From Hypanus sabinus (taxonomy: Eukaryota), in contig NC_082739.1 in assembly GCF_030144855.1 (NCBI RefSeq), positions 44,082,001 through 44,146,000 of the forward strand: 64,000 nt of DNA, in the 5' to 3' direction. The notes under the pieces were generated by a model. It ran no database searches. It was not told the origin of the DNA and worked only from the letters and a program-made list of their open reading frames with translations. Below, piece by piece: positions 50,325 to 62,439 of the stretch (positions are counted from its first letter, which is position 1; each line of letters begins with the position of its first letter). The translations under genes and the position numbers were made by a program.

Positions 50325-50515
50325 TGTACCAGACGCAAAATGCTGGGGAAAAAAGTGCATTTTATGTTTCGGGCTGAGACCCTTCAGCAGGAGACTGAAA
50401 GGTCTCGGCCCGAAGCATTATTTGTACTTTTTTTCCATAGATGCTGCTGAGTTCCTCCAGCATTTTGTGTGTATTGCTCAGATTTCGGGCATCTGCAGAT
50501 TTTCTCTTGGTACTA
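50325..50515. mobile_element. Short palindromic element made of two inverted Penelope terminal-repeat ends
   Basis: Left arm caaaatgctgg...gtttcgggctgagacccttcag is the reverse complement of right arm ctgaaaggtctcggcccgaagc...ccagcattttg. Both match the PLE termini at 37790 and 63040. Confidence 0.75.
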
Positions 50516-50519
50516 GCAC

Positions 50520-51070
50520 TGTTTTCTTTTATTTCAAAAGTAAGCTTTATTCATAAAATACAAATATAGGTAATACAAAGCTATCAGTAAACTAATATAT
50601 TAATAATGCCATTCAGTTAATAAATATTGCCAACAAAGCATCAACAGCATTTATGTGGCCTCTGTGAATGATACACTCTTTATTTGTGGGGCTGTTACAC
50701 AGGACCCAGTATCTCAGCACCCAGTGGTGGCAAGACCTCAATGTCCTGATCGTCACGTGTTGATCTTCAGGGTGTCCCTTTGCACATCCTCCTGCATCCA
50801 AGAATGTGCCAATATTCAGCACTCACTCACAGAAACCTCATTGTACTGGAAGACCCACAGGTTTCAGGCAGACGAAAGGTTATCTCTCACCGTGCTGACG
50901 GTGCTCAGTAACTTGACGTTTGTCTCAGGATGCATCCCTGAAAACCGCTCGTCGGTCAGAGCCCCATTGCACAACTGCTTGGGACAAACCACAACAAGGA
51001 TCCTTGCACTCCGGAAGAGCGAACAACGCAGCATCCTTCTGACGGTTCACAAATCTACTTCTTTTATTTC
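50520..51070 (-). mobile_element. Tx1-like LINE 3' remnant
   Basis: Minus strand reads DNLSSA*NLWVFQYNEVSVSEC*ILAHSWMQEDVQRDTLK, resembling Tx1 ORF2 C-termini. Confidence 0.6.
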
Positions 51071-51079
51071 TTTTTTTCT

Positions 51080-52780
51080 TTCAAGTGTGGCTTTGCTGCT
51101 GTTGGAGCTGGTGACCTACATTTTGGTTGTGTGTTTTCAGGCCGTTTGAGCGATCTGGCACTTTGCTGTCTCTGAGGGGGTTCAAGTGAAGGTAGTACAA
51201 GAAGCCTGCAGATGGGATACGAGCCCATGATCGGCTCCATTTCTCACTGATTGAAGTGCTGAGGAAGATTGACACCAACGAGGACATGAGCAGAAGGCAG
51301 GTGGATGTTCAGCGCCGTCTCCCTGTGTGCCACTGGTCTGTTTCCCTCCTGCCCGCTGCTCCCCGAGGAAGGTGTCTGCATATAAACGGTTTCTCCCTTC
51401 CTCAAGCTCGATGGTGCTGGAGTTTTAGGTCTTGGGCAAAGTTTACTCAACATGGTTTGTGGTTTGGACTTTGTAGTTCACGTTATGATCTGCTTCTGGT
51501 CGCTCCTTTCTTTTTGTTGCTACTTTGTGCGTTTTTAATCAGGGCGATCTGTCTCTGTGGCCTGTAGGCAATGAACAACACCGCACTAGATGGAACTGAA
51601 CTGGGCTGAACTGAATATGCCTGGACTCTTTCGATGTCTTTGTGGTTTGGTGGTTTATTTTCTGTGTGTCTAACTCATTTGTTTTGCCATTGCGCAATTT
51701 GTTCCTTTTTTGTGTGTTGGGGGGGAGGTGGGGTTTGATACAGTGGCATGGAAAAGCTTGGGCACCCCGGTCAAAATTTCTGTCACTGTGAATAGCTAAG
51801 CGAGTAAAAGATGACCTGATTTCCAAAAGGTCTAAAGTTAAAGATGTCACATTTGCTTAATGTTTTAAGCAAGGTTACTTTTTTATTTCCATCTTTTACA
51901 GTTTCAAAATAACAAAAATGGGAAAGGGCCCGAAGCAAAAGTTTGGGCACCCTGCATGATCAGTACTTAGTAACACCCCCTTTGGCAAGTATCACAGCTT
52001 GTAAACACTTTCTGTAGCCAGCTAAGAGTCTTTCAACTCTTGTTTGGGGGATTTTTCCCCATTCTTCCTTGCAAAAGGTTTTTGTTCTGTGAGATTCTTG
52101 GGCCATCTTGCATGCACTGCTCTTTTGAGGTCGATCCACAGATTTTCGATGATGTTTAGGTTGGGGGACTGTGAGAGCCATGGCAAAACATTCAACTTGC
52201 ACCTCTTGAGGTAGTCCATTGTGGATTTTGAGGTGTGTTTAGGATCATTATCCTAAGAAGCCATCCTCTTTTCACCGTCAACTTTTTTACAGACGGTGTG
52301 ATGATTGTTTGCAGAATGTGCTGGTATTTAATTAAATAATTCTTCCCTCTACCAGGGAATTGTTCCCCGCGCCACTAACTGCAACACAAGCCCAAAGCAT
52401 GATGAATCCACCTTACTGAGTACTGACCATGCAGGGTCCCCAAACTTTTGCTTCGGGCCATTTTCCTTTTTTGTTATTTTGAAACTGTAAAAGATGGAAA
52501 TAAAAAAGTAATCTTGCTTAAAATATTAAAGAAATGTGTCATCTTTAACTTTATACCTTTTGGAAATCAGGTCATCTTTTACTTGCTTAGCTATTCACGG
52601 TAACAGAAATTTTGACCAGGGGTGCCCAAACTTTTGCATGCCACTGTATTTTTCTTTGAATGGGTTCCATGGTGTTTCTTTGTTTTGTGGCTGTTTGTGG
52701 AAAGACAGATCTCAGGGTTGTACTATATACTGCATGCATACTTTGATAATAAAGGTACTTTGAATGTTTGAATCTTTAAA
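51080..52780 (+). mobile_element. Non-autonomous retroposon with Rex-Babar-like tail, interrupted by a Tc1 derivative
   Basis: (GAACT)n run at ~51593-51615 and tail atctcagggttgta...catactttgataataaa at 52710-52755, as at 6340-6900. Confidence 0.5.
51741..52646 (-). mobile_element. Internally deleted Tc1 element, 906 bp, ~200-bp TIRs
   Basis: TA|CAGTGGCATGGAAAAGCTTGGGCACCCC... and ...GGGGTGCCCAAACTTTTGCATGCCACTG|TA; minus ORFs WLSQSPNLNIIENLW and AKGGVTKY*. Confidence 0.93.
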
Positions 52781-52799
52781 TCTCTTTCAAGATGTTCTT

Positions 52800-53440
52800 T
52801 GCAAATGTATAGTCCACAATGGATGACTCTCTCATCCATACTGCCGCCATCTCAAGGATCCATTAGGTCCTCTCCTTCAGGATGTTCCATACTGCCCACT
52901 GCTTACTGGAATTGTTTCACAATAAACTCTAGAGAATTGGCAGTGGAGCAAAATCCAACTGAGTAGAATATTGAAGAACAGCACTACTCAGCACGTAGTA
53001 ACAGTGAATTCTCCTGACGGTGGCCATTAGGATGAGAGTATTCTTACTCTTCCCCTAGTCTTTGGAACTTGTGCATTGCAGCACATTAGGTGTGCTCCAT
53101 CATGAAGCTCCAAGTGAATTGGAAAGTGGCTCAGATGGCTCCACTCCACTGGAGCAAGACGAGAGCCAAATATGACAACACTGAGAGCCTCACACCTGAT
53201 GATACACTTTTGCTCCCCATCGAGAGGAAGCACCCCTCCTATCTGAACCCGTTTCGGTTTGACTTTACTTCTCTGCTCCAGCCAATTCTTGCCGAGAGCC
53301 CTGTCTTCTCTCAATCAGCATGGCATCGTTTTTCCTGCAGATGACTCACACATGGTGCTAGTTAATCTGCAAACCACCTGTGGATCTAAGCAGAAGACAA
53401 TGATATCTTCTGTGTACAGAGAAGCTTTGATATGCATGGC
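52800..53440 (-). mobile_element. Tx1-like LINE RT remnant
   Basis: Minus strand ASLYTEDIIVFCLDP resembles the LYMDD RT motif, followed by FQFTWSFMME; heavily decayed. Confidence 0.5.
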
Positions 53441-53859
53441 CTCACTGGTTGGCATCATACTACCCCCAACCTGCTCCACCCAATTTATGCTCCCTTCCTT
53501 TCCTGGTTCCTGGTACCTGGCACCTATTACCTACCAGCTTTTGCCTTACTCCTCCCTCTCTGTTTCCTCACCTGGCTCCATCTGCTCATCATCCCTCCCT
53601 TATCTAGCTCCACCCATCACCTATAATCATCTTGTCTCAACCCATCCACTTTCATACACTGACTCTCTTCCCTGTATACTTTCACCACCTGCTTAGAACA
53701 TAGCTTCACCAAGCGTCGCTTTAAATTTTCAAGTTGATTTCTCCTATCTGGCATTGATTTAACAGAAATTCCTTCACACTAAACATCAGTAAAACTGAAG
53801 CTAACAACATCATCAAGGACTCCTCTTCCCCCCCCCCCCCCCACCCCACCACTTCCACC

Positions 53860-54180
53860 ATCCAGCCTATGCTCTCTTCTTGCTTCTGCAATTGGGAAGG
53901 AGGTCCCACACCACCAGGTTCAGGAACAACTATTACCCTTCAACTGTCCGGTTCTTGAACCAGTGTGGATAACTTCACTTCACTCATCTCAGCACTGAAC
54001 TGATTCCACTGCCTATGGGTGAAATTTCAAGGACTCTACAGCTCATGTTCTCGATATTATTGATTTATTATTATTTTTTACTTGCAGTTTTTCTTTTTTT
54101 GCACATTGGTTGCTTGTCAGTCTTTGCTTGTGTGTAGTTTTTCAATGACTCTTTTATATTTCTTTGCTCTGCTGTAAATG
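53860..54180 (+). mobile_element. Rex-Babar 3' end
   Basis: caccaccaggttcaggaacaactattacccttcaac...aggactctacagctcatgttctcgatatt, same tail as 60450-61090. Confidence 0.75.
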
Positions 54181-54184
54181 CCTG

Positions 54185-54560
54185 GTGAGCACTTTGATGC
54201 ACAGCTTAAGACCTACCTCCACCACCCTTTCAGACAGTGTTTCCCAGAGCCCTACTTCCTTCTGTATGCAACATATCTCTTCATCTCTCTCGTAAGTAGG
54301 TCAGTCTCTACCCACTTTTTTTTTCTTGACTCCTCAGTGAAGAGAAGTAATTCCTTTCTATTCATTCTTAGCTCCTTCCTACTTACTCCATCTTGCTCAT
54401 CATAATTTTATACTCGATTGTCCCCTGTAAGCCTACTCTGTTGCAAAGAAGACAACACAGTTTTTTCCAATCTTTTATTATAGCTGAACACTTTCAGTCC
54501 TGGCAACCGCCCTGATTAACCCTACCATTATTGAAACAACTGCATCCCTCTCCATAATAT
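54185..54560 (-). mobile_element. CR1 3' fragment
   Basis: Reverse complement of the LFATE*AY-type and WKHCLKGWWR*VLSCASKCSP-type CR1 tail segments. Confidence 0.55.
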
Positions 54561-54613
54561 TGAAATGCTGGATTTTTCAATTTCACATAGCCTTTACATC
54601 TTGTCCTGGAAAA

Positions 54614-54938
54614 GGACCACAACCTTGTCGTGGTTTGGAGGCTTGTGTGCCTCAATAACTCAGAACTATTTTGGCTGGAGCCAGGACTTTAAACTTTGGC
54701 TCTTGGTAGGGTCACCCAAACCAAACAGGTCAATGGGTAGAGGCCAGACTAAGAGTGATCCACCAGTTCTCCAGGTTTGGAAGTTCAGCTCAGGGCTAAC
54801 AACACCAACTGGTAAAATAAAGCTATTATGGAAACAGCAATGAAGATTTTTTTCTACATCTGAGTGGCCAAGGACAGACAGAGAATGGAGGACCTTCATT
54901 GCTGCCCTAAATACCAGCAGCATATTGAGCAGTAAGTT
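54614..54938 (+). mobile_element. Short internally deleted RTE-type element (5' UTR joined to ORF 3' end)
   Basis: 5' part ccacaaccttgtcgtggtttggagg...gggctaacaacacc..ggtaaaa resembles RTE 5' UTRs. The 3' part encodes VAKDRQ.W.TFIAAL, resembling RTE C-termini. Confidence 0.55.
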
Positions 54939-55519
54939 ATGTCTTGTGTTGCCCTCTTTCTCTCCTTCTGATCTCCCTCCAAACCCCAATTTATTCCCTT
55001 TGAACTCATTGTATCCTGGCCTTACACTCTTCCTAAGGTCTAGTTAGTCTCTGCACCACTGCTTTTTCCTACCAAGACCCTAGGGTTCTGAAATTCTCCC
55101 CGAAACCTCTCTGACTCTCCTTCCTAATTTAAAACATTCCTGAAGGCCGATGAAGCATTTGGTTATCCCCTAATAAGACATTATATTGCTTAATGTCAAA
55201 CTTTTACTTGATATCACGGCTTGTGCTTATCAGAGTTTTGTGCTTTGATAAATGTGCTATCGGAACACTGTTGTTGCAGTTAGTCGCAACAGAGCCACCT
55301 ACTGGAGAGCCTATGTGCTTGCATCCATTTATAAATTATTTTAAATTGCTGGGCTTAAACCAATTGCTGAGACTGTTATAGACAAGAACCCTGACGGGCC
55401 TCTGCGGCTTGCATAGAGCATTGGGCTTCGCGGTTTCTCAAACACCTGTATTTACCAATTGTTGTCTTAACTAGAGTTATTAAGCTCTTGTGCTTTCTGT
55501 TTAATCATGTCAGGTTAAT

Positions 55520-55748
55520 TGTGACGGGGTTTCCTCATTCTATGATTATTTAAAGCGAACCTCCAATTAGTGCTCATCGCAGGGTGCTTGTGTGTGTTTC
55601 GAGAATGATTCATTTCGTGGCGCTGCTCAGTCAAGCCTCCAATGTTCAGTTTGAGTTCTGATGAATAAACTCCTGTTCCTGTCTCTACATGGGAGTTTGT
55701 CTTTCCTCCGCACCCGGGTTCAGGTGTGTGTCGGCATACACTGTGACA
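55520..55748 (+). mobile_element. Probable short solo LTR (229 bp)
   Basis: TGTGAC...GTGACA termini, AATAAA at ~55664, imperfect flanking duplication (gttaat / gttat). Confidence 0.5.
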
Positions 55749-57109
55749 GTTATATGGATGAATCCAGCCAATGGTTAAGAAGGTGTAACTGCTTGAATTA
55801 CCTGACCCTTCTAAAAACTGAAAGCCAATAACCAACACAGAAGAGACTTTTGGGTAGATGACAGTTAAATCCTTTTTCTAACTACACTTTAAAGCAAAGG
55901 ATAACAAATAAATGTTTCTCATATGTGATTTTGGTGTGCAATGCACTGTCATCCTTGTCAACTGGTTAAAATGTAAACAGAATTCCTCATTCTCTGTAAA
56001 CCAAATGTAAACAATTAAGTGAATGGTATTATCAAGGAAGCCTAAATTTCAAGTGAGGTAAATATGATGATCAAGACTGGAGGGAATTCATGTGCACATA
56101 TATAAATTACATTGGATATAAGGAACAGGCATAAGATAACAGCTTAATCAATCCATGCCTCCTCCTCCCATGCTTCCTTCTGTCTTTTATCATCTAAATC
56201 TCAACCTAACAACATAGCTCTCTGTTCTCTTTTCCCATTCTCACTAGAGTTATCTAAACCATTCACTTCAATTACACCCTGTGATAGTGAGTGCCATATT
56301 TCCACAAATCTGTTATTTTCCTTCTGAATTCCCCATATTATACTTTTGGTGACAGAAGAGACTTCAGGTGCTGGAATCTGGATCAAGAACCAAACAGCTG
56401 GAAGAACTCTATAGGTTCGGGAGAAATGGACTGTCAATGTTTTGGGTCAAGACCCTTCATTTGGACTGAGTTTTTTTGTGACTATCACAGAAAGTTTCTC
56501 TCCAGCTATGTTATTCACCTGAATTTGAAACATTCTTACTGCATTCACACTACCCAAACACTTCATCTACAAAACTTCTTTCAGGCCACCCCTCAGCAAC
56601 TTCTCTCTGTTCATCATTTACACCCTTGCAGTTCTGGTATCATCCATAGAATACTTCTCTTCACACTCACCAATGCTGCTACAAACTCTTTAAAACAAGA
56701 TGATCAAAGTGAATGCAGCGCTAAGTGTGGTCCAAACAATGTCTGATTCAAGTTGAGTAAATCCTGCCTACTTTTCAGATCTATCTTTCTAGAAATAAAC
56801 TCTTTCACTTTTATGACTATGCCCACTAGGTCACAATTTTAGTGGTTGGTATACTTGTACTCCAAGATCCCTCTTTTTCTCTAGCCTACCTGGATTCGCA
56901 CCTAAGCTCTGGGATTGCCTCACATTTATCAAAGGATAAGAAATAAATGTTTCTCTGTGATTGGCTATGGGGCAATGAATGTCATCTTTTTCGTCTAGTC
57001 AAAACATGTAAACAGACTTCTTTCTTCTCTGCAAGCCAAATGTAAAAAAAAAGATGAATGGGAATTCTGCACTTCCTTTGCTTATTCTGATAGATTTTAA
57101 AGAACTCTG

Positions 57110-57350
57110 TGAGCATGTGCCTTTCCTTCAGGTGCTCCATTTTCCACCCACGTCCCAAAGACAAAGTTTGGTAGGTTAACTGAATTCTGTAAGGTGTTCT
57201 CGTGCGTAGGTGAGTGGTAGAATCTGGAGGTAGTTGATGAGAATATGGGGAAAAAATTAAAAATATGATTAATGTAGGATTACTGTGAACAGGTGGCTGA
57301 TAGTCAATGTATACTTAGTGGGCATAAGGACTTGCTTCTGTACTCTGTCT
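57110..57350 (+). mobile_element. SINE 3' fragment
   Basis: ggtgctccattttccacccacgtcccaaagac...ggttaactg matches the SINE body seen elsewhere in the window. Confidence 0.5.
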
Positions 57351-58939
57351 CTCTATGACTATATGAAGAAACTTAAATGAAATTCATCAAGTAAGATCTT
57401 TTCAGCAACCATGCTGCCATTTCATTATTATAATTTTCTTTAAGTTTTCTCTTATACTCTGCTTTAAAATGTTCCACTGAGAGTCTCTGTGTTCTTGGAG
57501 AATGTCCCTTCCATTGCTAGGTCTTAGTGGGTTGGGTCTCTGAACAATTGTAACATAGATAGACTCTATAGTGCTGAGAAACCTGTGCATACTGTAGATT
57601 AATTGTTGAGCCTTATCAGCTCTCTCCATCCACCTCCTTTCCTTCAGGTCTCAGTTCCTTCATGGGTCATAGGGCTGATTCTTTTCCCTTGAGGAGAGTG
57701 AAGCTTTTATTTCACATTTGAGGTTAACTAACTACTTCATCTCCTTGCCCTTCTCATTAAACCGGTCCTGGTTGTTTTTTAGAGAAGGGTTTCATTTAGC
57801 AGAGCTGATCCCACTTGCTACTAGATCAGCATCTTGCCACCGGGTGGCCCGTACAGCAGCTGGTGTGCAATAACTAATCCACATTAAACAAATCCACCCA
57901 TTGGGCAACTCACACTCCAAAATATGAAGTTCTTGGCAGACTCACTCAACCATTGTGTGGTGACTCTTGGCTATGTTCTGAAAGATTAGTTTTCCCTTAT
58001 CAATCTTTTGCTGGAGGTGTTCATGCAATCAGTACCCAATTGCAATCATGGTTGCTTTCATCAAGTAGGTCTTACCAGTGAATCTAGAATTACCATGGAA
58101 GTTTATTTTTGTTAGAGTTTTTGAGTTGATCATGACAACTCACAGCCATCATGTCTGATGCACGACGGATTCTGTTTTATGGAAATTGAATGATATAGTT
58201 GGACTCGATGTTCACATTCCCATTGCAGACATTATGTGTAAACTATAATCAAATGCTGGATATGAGTACAGAATTGCATTCCCCTTCAACTTATTGAAGA
58301 GTTATTGTAGTATGAGAATGAGGTGGTTTAAGCTGGGCACCTAATGTTTACACAGCATGAGTTTAGAGTCCATTGATGCTATAACATTCTAAGGTAAAAG
58401 GCAATTTGAGTATGTGAGTCAAATTAGAGTTTTAACAGACTACAGCAGAGACACAGGCTGCTCAACTCATCCAGTCTGTGCTGACCCATTTTTCTACCTA
58501 GTCCCACCTACCCATTAGAAATGGAGGAATATCTTTCAGAAGCAGACTTGAATAAGGTAGTAAGATAGTTTACAATAGCCAGAAAGACCATGGTCATCCA
58601 TTCCAATCAGTGGTTTCATCACTGATGCAGTTGTAAGGAACTGATTTAAGTGAGATTTATTTTCCATCAGAGGTTCTCACACGTCTTGTGCGTGCCAGTA
58701 AATCAGTCAGTCAATCTACCCATCATTAGCTGAAGCATCTCAACAGAGCAACAAAGACAAAGGTGGAATTTAACTCTCAATGCTTTGGATAAATTGCTCA
58801 AATCCTACATTATTAACAAAGCATTTTGTCACTGCAAAGTAAAAGCAGGAGGCAGAGGAGTGACTGCAGTGGACTTGGCTGTGTTCAAGGACTCACCTGT
58901 GTATCTGGTTGAATACACTATGGTTATAATGGACTTTAT

Positions 58940-59530
58940 TAAAACAGTTGTGGATACAGGGCTGGAGAACGGAGAGTCTGATAGGAGAAGACAGAAGGCC
59001 ATGGAGAAAGGGAAGTGGGAGAAGCACCAGAGGGAGGTGATGGGCAGGCAAGGAGACAAGGTGAGAGAGGGAAAAGGGGATGGGGCATGGTGAAGAGGGA
59101 AAAGGGGATGGGGCATGGTGAAGATGGGGGGCATTACAGGAAGTTTGAGAAATCGATGTTCATGCCATCAGGTTGGAGGCCACCCAGACGGAATATAAGG
59201 TGTTGCTCCTCTAACCTGAGTGTGGCATCATCGCAACAGTAGAGGAGGTCATGGATTGACATATCGGAATGGGAATGAGAAATGGAATTAAAATGGGTGA
59301 CCACTGGGAGGTCCTGCTTCTTCTGGTGGACGGAGCGTCAGTGCTTGGCGAAGCAGTCTCCCAATCTACCTCGGGTCTCACCGATATACAGGAAGCCACA
59401 GCAGGAGAACTGGTCACAGTGCAGGACCACAACAGACTCACAGGTGAAGGGTCGCCTCACCTGGAAGGACTGTTTGGGGCCCTGAATGGTAGCGAGGAAT
59501 GAGGTGTAGGGGCAGGTGTAGCACTTACAC
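58940..59530 (-). mobile_element. Penelope-like element 3' end (GIY-YIG)
   Basis: Minus ORF CCGFLYIGETRGRLGDCFAKH followed by the pyrimidine-rich tail. Confidence 0.88.
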
Positions 59531-59539
59531 TCCAATATG

Positions 59540-61090
59540 CCTGTAGGAGCAACAGGTCCACAGCAGATACCATCTCATTGGCTCTTTACTCAACCCTGGA
59601 ATATCTGGACAGCAAAGATGCATAAATTAGGATGCTCTTTATTGACTACAGCTCAGCATTCAATGCATCATCCCCTCAAAACTAATCAATAAGCTTCAAG
59701 AATTTGGCCTCAATACTTAGTTGTGCAATTGAATCCTGGATTGGCACCAACATCTCCTCCATGATCTCCAGCAGAACAGGTGTACCACAAGGTTGTGTGT
59801 TTAGCCCTCTGCACTTTTACTGTGTGGTTAAGCGCAGCTCCAATGCCATATTCAAGTTTGCTGAGAACATCACTGTCATTGGCTGAAACGAAGGTGGTGA
59901 TGAATCAGCATATAGGAGGGAGACTGAAAATCTGGCTGACTGGTGCCACAACAACAACCTTTTACTCAATGTCAGCAAGATTGAGGAGCTGATTATTGAC
60001 TTTAGGAGAAGGAAACCAAAGTTCCATGAGCCAGTCCTCATTGGAGGATCAGAGGTGGAGAGGGTCAGCAACTTTAAATTCTTTGGTGTTATTATTTCGG
60101 AGGAGCTGTCCTGAACCTAGCACATAAGTGCAATTATGGAGAAAGCACAGCAGCACCTCTATTTCCTTAGGAATTTGCAGAGATTTGGCATGACATCTAA
60201 AACTTTGACAAACTTTGATAGATGTGTGGTGAAGAGTATATTGAGTATATTCACAGCCTGGTATGGAAACACCAATACCCTTGAATGGAAAATCCTGCAA
60301 AAAGTAGTGGATACAGTCCATCACAGGTAAAGTCCTCCCCACCATTGAGCACATCTACATGAAACACTGTGGCTGGAAAGCATCATCTACCATCAGGGAT
60401 CTCCACCACCCAGGCCATGCTCTCTTCTCGCTGCTGCCATCTGGACTCACACCATCATGTTCAGGAACAGTTATTCTCCCTGAAACATCAGGTTCTTGAA
60501 CCAAAGGGGTGACTTTACTCAACTTCACTTGCCCCATCATTGAAATAGAAACATAGAAAACCTACAGCATAATAAACCTTCGGCCCACGATGCTGTGCAA
60601 AGCATGTACATACTTTAGAAATTACCTAGGGTTATCCATTGCCCTCTATTTTTCTAAGCTCCATGTACCTATCCAGGAGTCTCTTAAAAGACCCTATCAT
60701 ATCCACCTCCACCACTGTTGCCGGCAGCCCATTCCATGCACTCACCACTCTCTGTGTGGAAAAAAAAACAACTTACCCCTGACATTTCCTCAGTTCCTAC
60801 TTCCAAGCACTTTAAAACTGTGTCCTCTGTTCCCACAACCAATGGGCTCACTTTCAAGGACTTCATCTCACGTTCTCAATATTTATCTATTATTATTATT
60901 TCTTTCTTTTTCTTTTTGCACAATTTTTGTCTTTTGCACACTGGTTGAATGCCCAAGTTGGGCGGTCTTTCATTAATTCTGTTAAGGTTATTATTCTATA
61001 GATTTATTGAGTATCCACACAGGTATGTCAGGATTGTATATGGTAACATAACATGTACTTTGATAATAAATTTACTTTGAACTTTTGAGT
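59540..61090 (+). mobile_element. Rex-Babar-type LINE 3' half with a CR1 tail inserted at ~60546-60828
   Basis: LFIDYSSAFN, GVPQGCVFSPL, KFAENITVIG, EKAQQHLYFLRNLQRFG. The 3' UTR is split at cattgaaat|...|gttcccacaacc by agaaacatagaaaacctacagc. Confidence 0.88.
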
Positions 61091-61459
61091 CTTCAAGAGA
61101 AATCTGTTCTGGTTAATGCTGCATTTGACCAACAGGTGGTGCATAAGCTGCACGAGGATTTAGTAAATGAATGGAAATACTGATATCTGCAGAACTGTAC
61201 CAATGGTGTCAGAGAAAGTAGAAACAGCTTGAAGCTAGGATAGAAGACCAATAATCCAATGCAGTGGGGTATTGGTGGTGGGGCCTGGCAGATTCACAAA
61301 ATTTTATTCTTTGAATATTGATGAGTGGAAATGTGGGATTGGCACACATCTGTACAAATAAGAAATATACTTTGTAATTGTGGCAATTGGATCCCAAGAG
61401 AAGTATTTTAATATGTGCAAATTAGTTCCAATACTCTTTTTGATGGTGATGTATGACAT

Positions 61460-62140
61460 AGGGTCATAGAATTATAGAAAAGTACAGCACAGAAGCAGGC
61501 CCTTCAGCCCATCTAGTCTGTGCCAAACCATTTAAACTGCCTACTCCCATTGACATGCACTGGGACCATAGCCCTCCATACCCCTGGCAGACATGTACAT
61601 ATCCAAACTTCTCAAATGTTGATATTGAGCTTGCTTGCACCGCTTGCACTGGCAGCTTGTTCCACACTCTCACGGCCCTCTGAGTGAAAACATTTCCCCT
61701 CGTGTTCCTCTTATACTTTTCACCTTTCACCCTTAACCCATGACCTCTAGTTGTAGTCCCACCCAACCTCAGTGGAAAAAGCTTGCTTGTATTTACCCTA
61801 TCTATATTCCTCATAATTTTGTATACCTCTATCAAATCTCCACTCAACCTTCAGCATTCCAAGGAATAAAGTCCCAACCTATTCATTCTTTCCATATAGC
61901 TCAGGTCCTTCAATTCCAGCAACATCCTTGTAAATTTTCTCTGTACTCTTTCAACCTTATTTACATCTTCCCTGTAGGTTGGTGACCAAAACTGAAACCA
62001 ATACTCCAAATTAGGCCTCACCAACATCTTATGCAACTTCAATATAACATCACATCTCCCATACACAATACTTTGATTTATGCAGGCTGATGTGCCAAAA
62101 GCTTTCTTTATGACCCTATCTACCTGTGCTGCCACAGGAG
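61460..62140 (-). mobile_element. CR1 3' part
   Basis: Minus ORFs LVRPNLEYWFQFWSP and GDLIEVYKIMR...VWNKLP. Confidence 0.88.
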
Positions 62141-62169
62141 GAGTGTTAATGGGAATGTGGGGAGAATAA

Positions 62170-62400
62170 GGGGCACCATGGTAACGTAATGGCTAGCATG
62201 ATGCTATTACAGCTCAGGGAATTCCAGAGTTTGGTGTTTAATTCTGCTGCTGTCTGTAAGGAGTTTGTACATTCTCCCCGTGAACCATGTAAATTTCCTC
62301 CAGTTTCCTCCCACAGTCGAAAGACATATCAGTTGGTTGGTCATTGTAACTTGTCCTGTGATAAGGCTAGGGTTAAATAGGTGGGTTGCTGGACAGTGTG
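62170..62400 (+). mobile_element. tRNA-derived SINE
   Basis: Same head and body as the copies at 25900 and 47565. Confidence 0.75.
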
Positions 62401-62439
62401 GCTCATTGGACCGGAAAGGCCTGTACTGTGATGTATCCC

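Noticed and set aside
50655-51149. 164-aa plus-strand ORF with a hydrophobic C-terminus
   Set aside because: It is the antisense reading of a Tx1-like remnant plus a simple T-rich junction.
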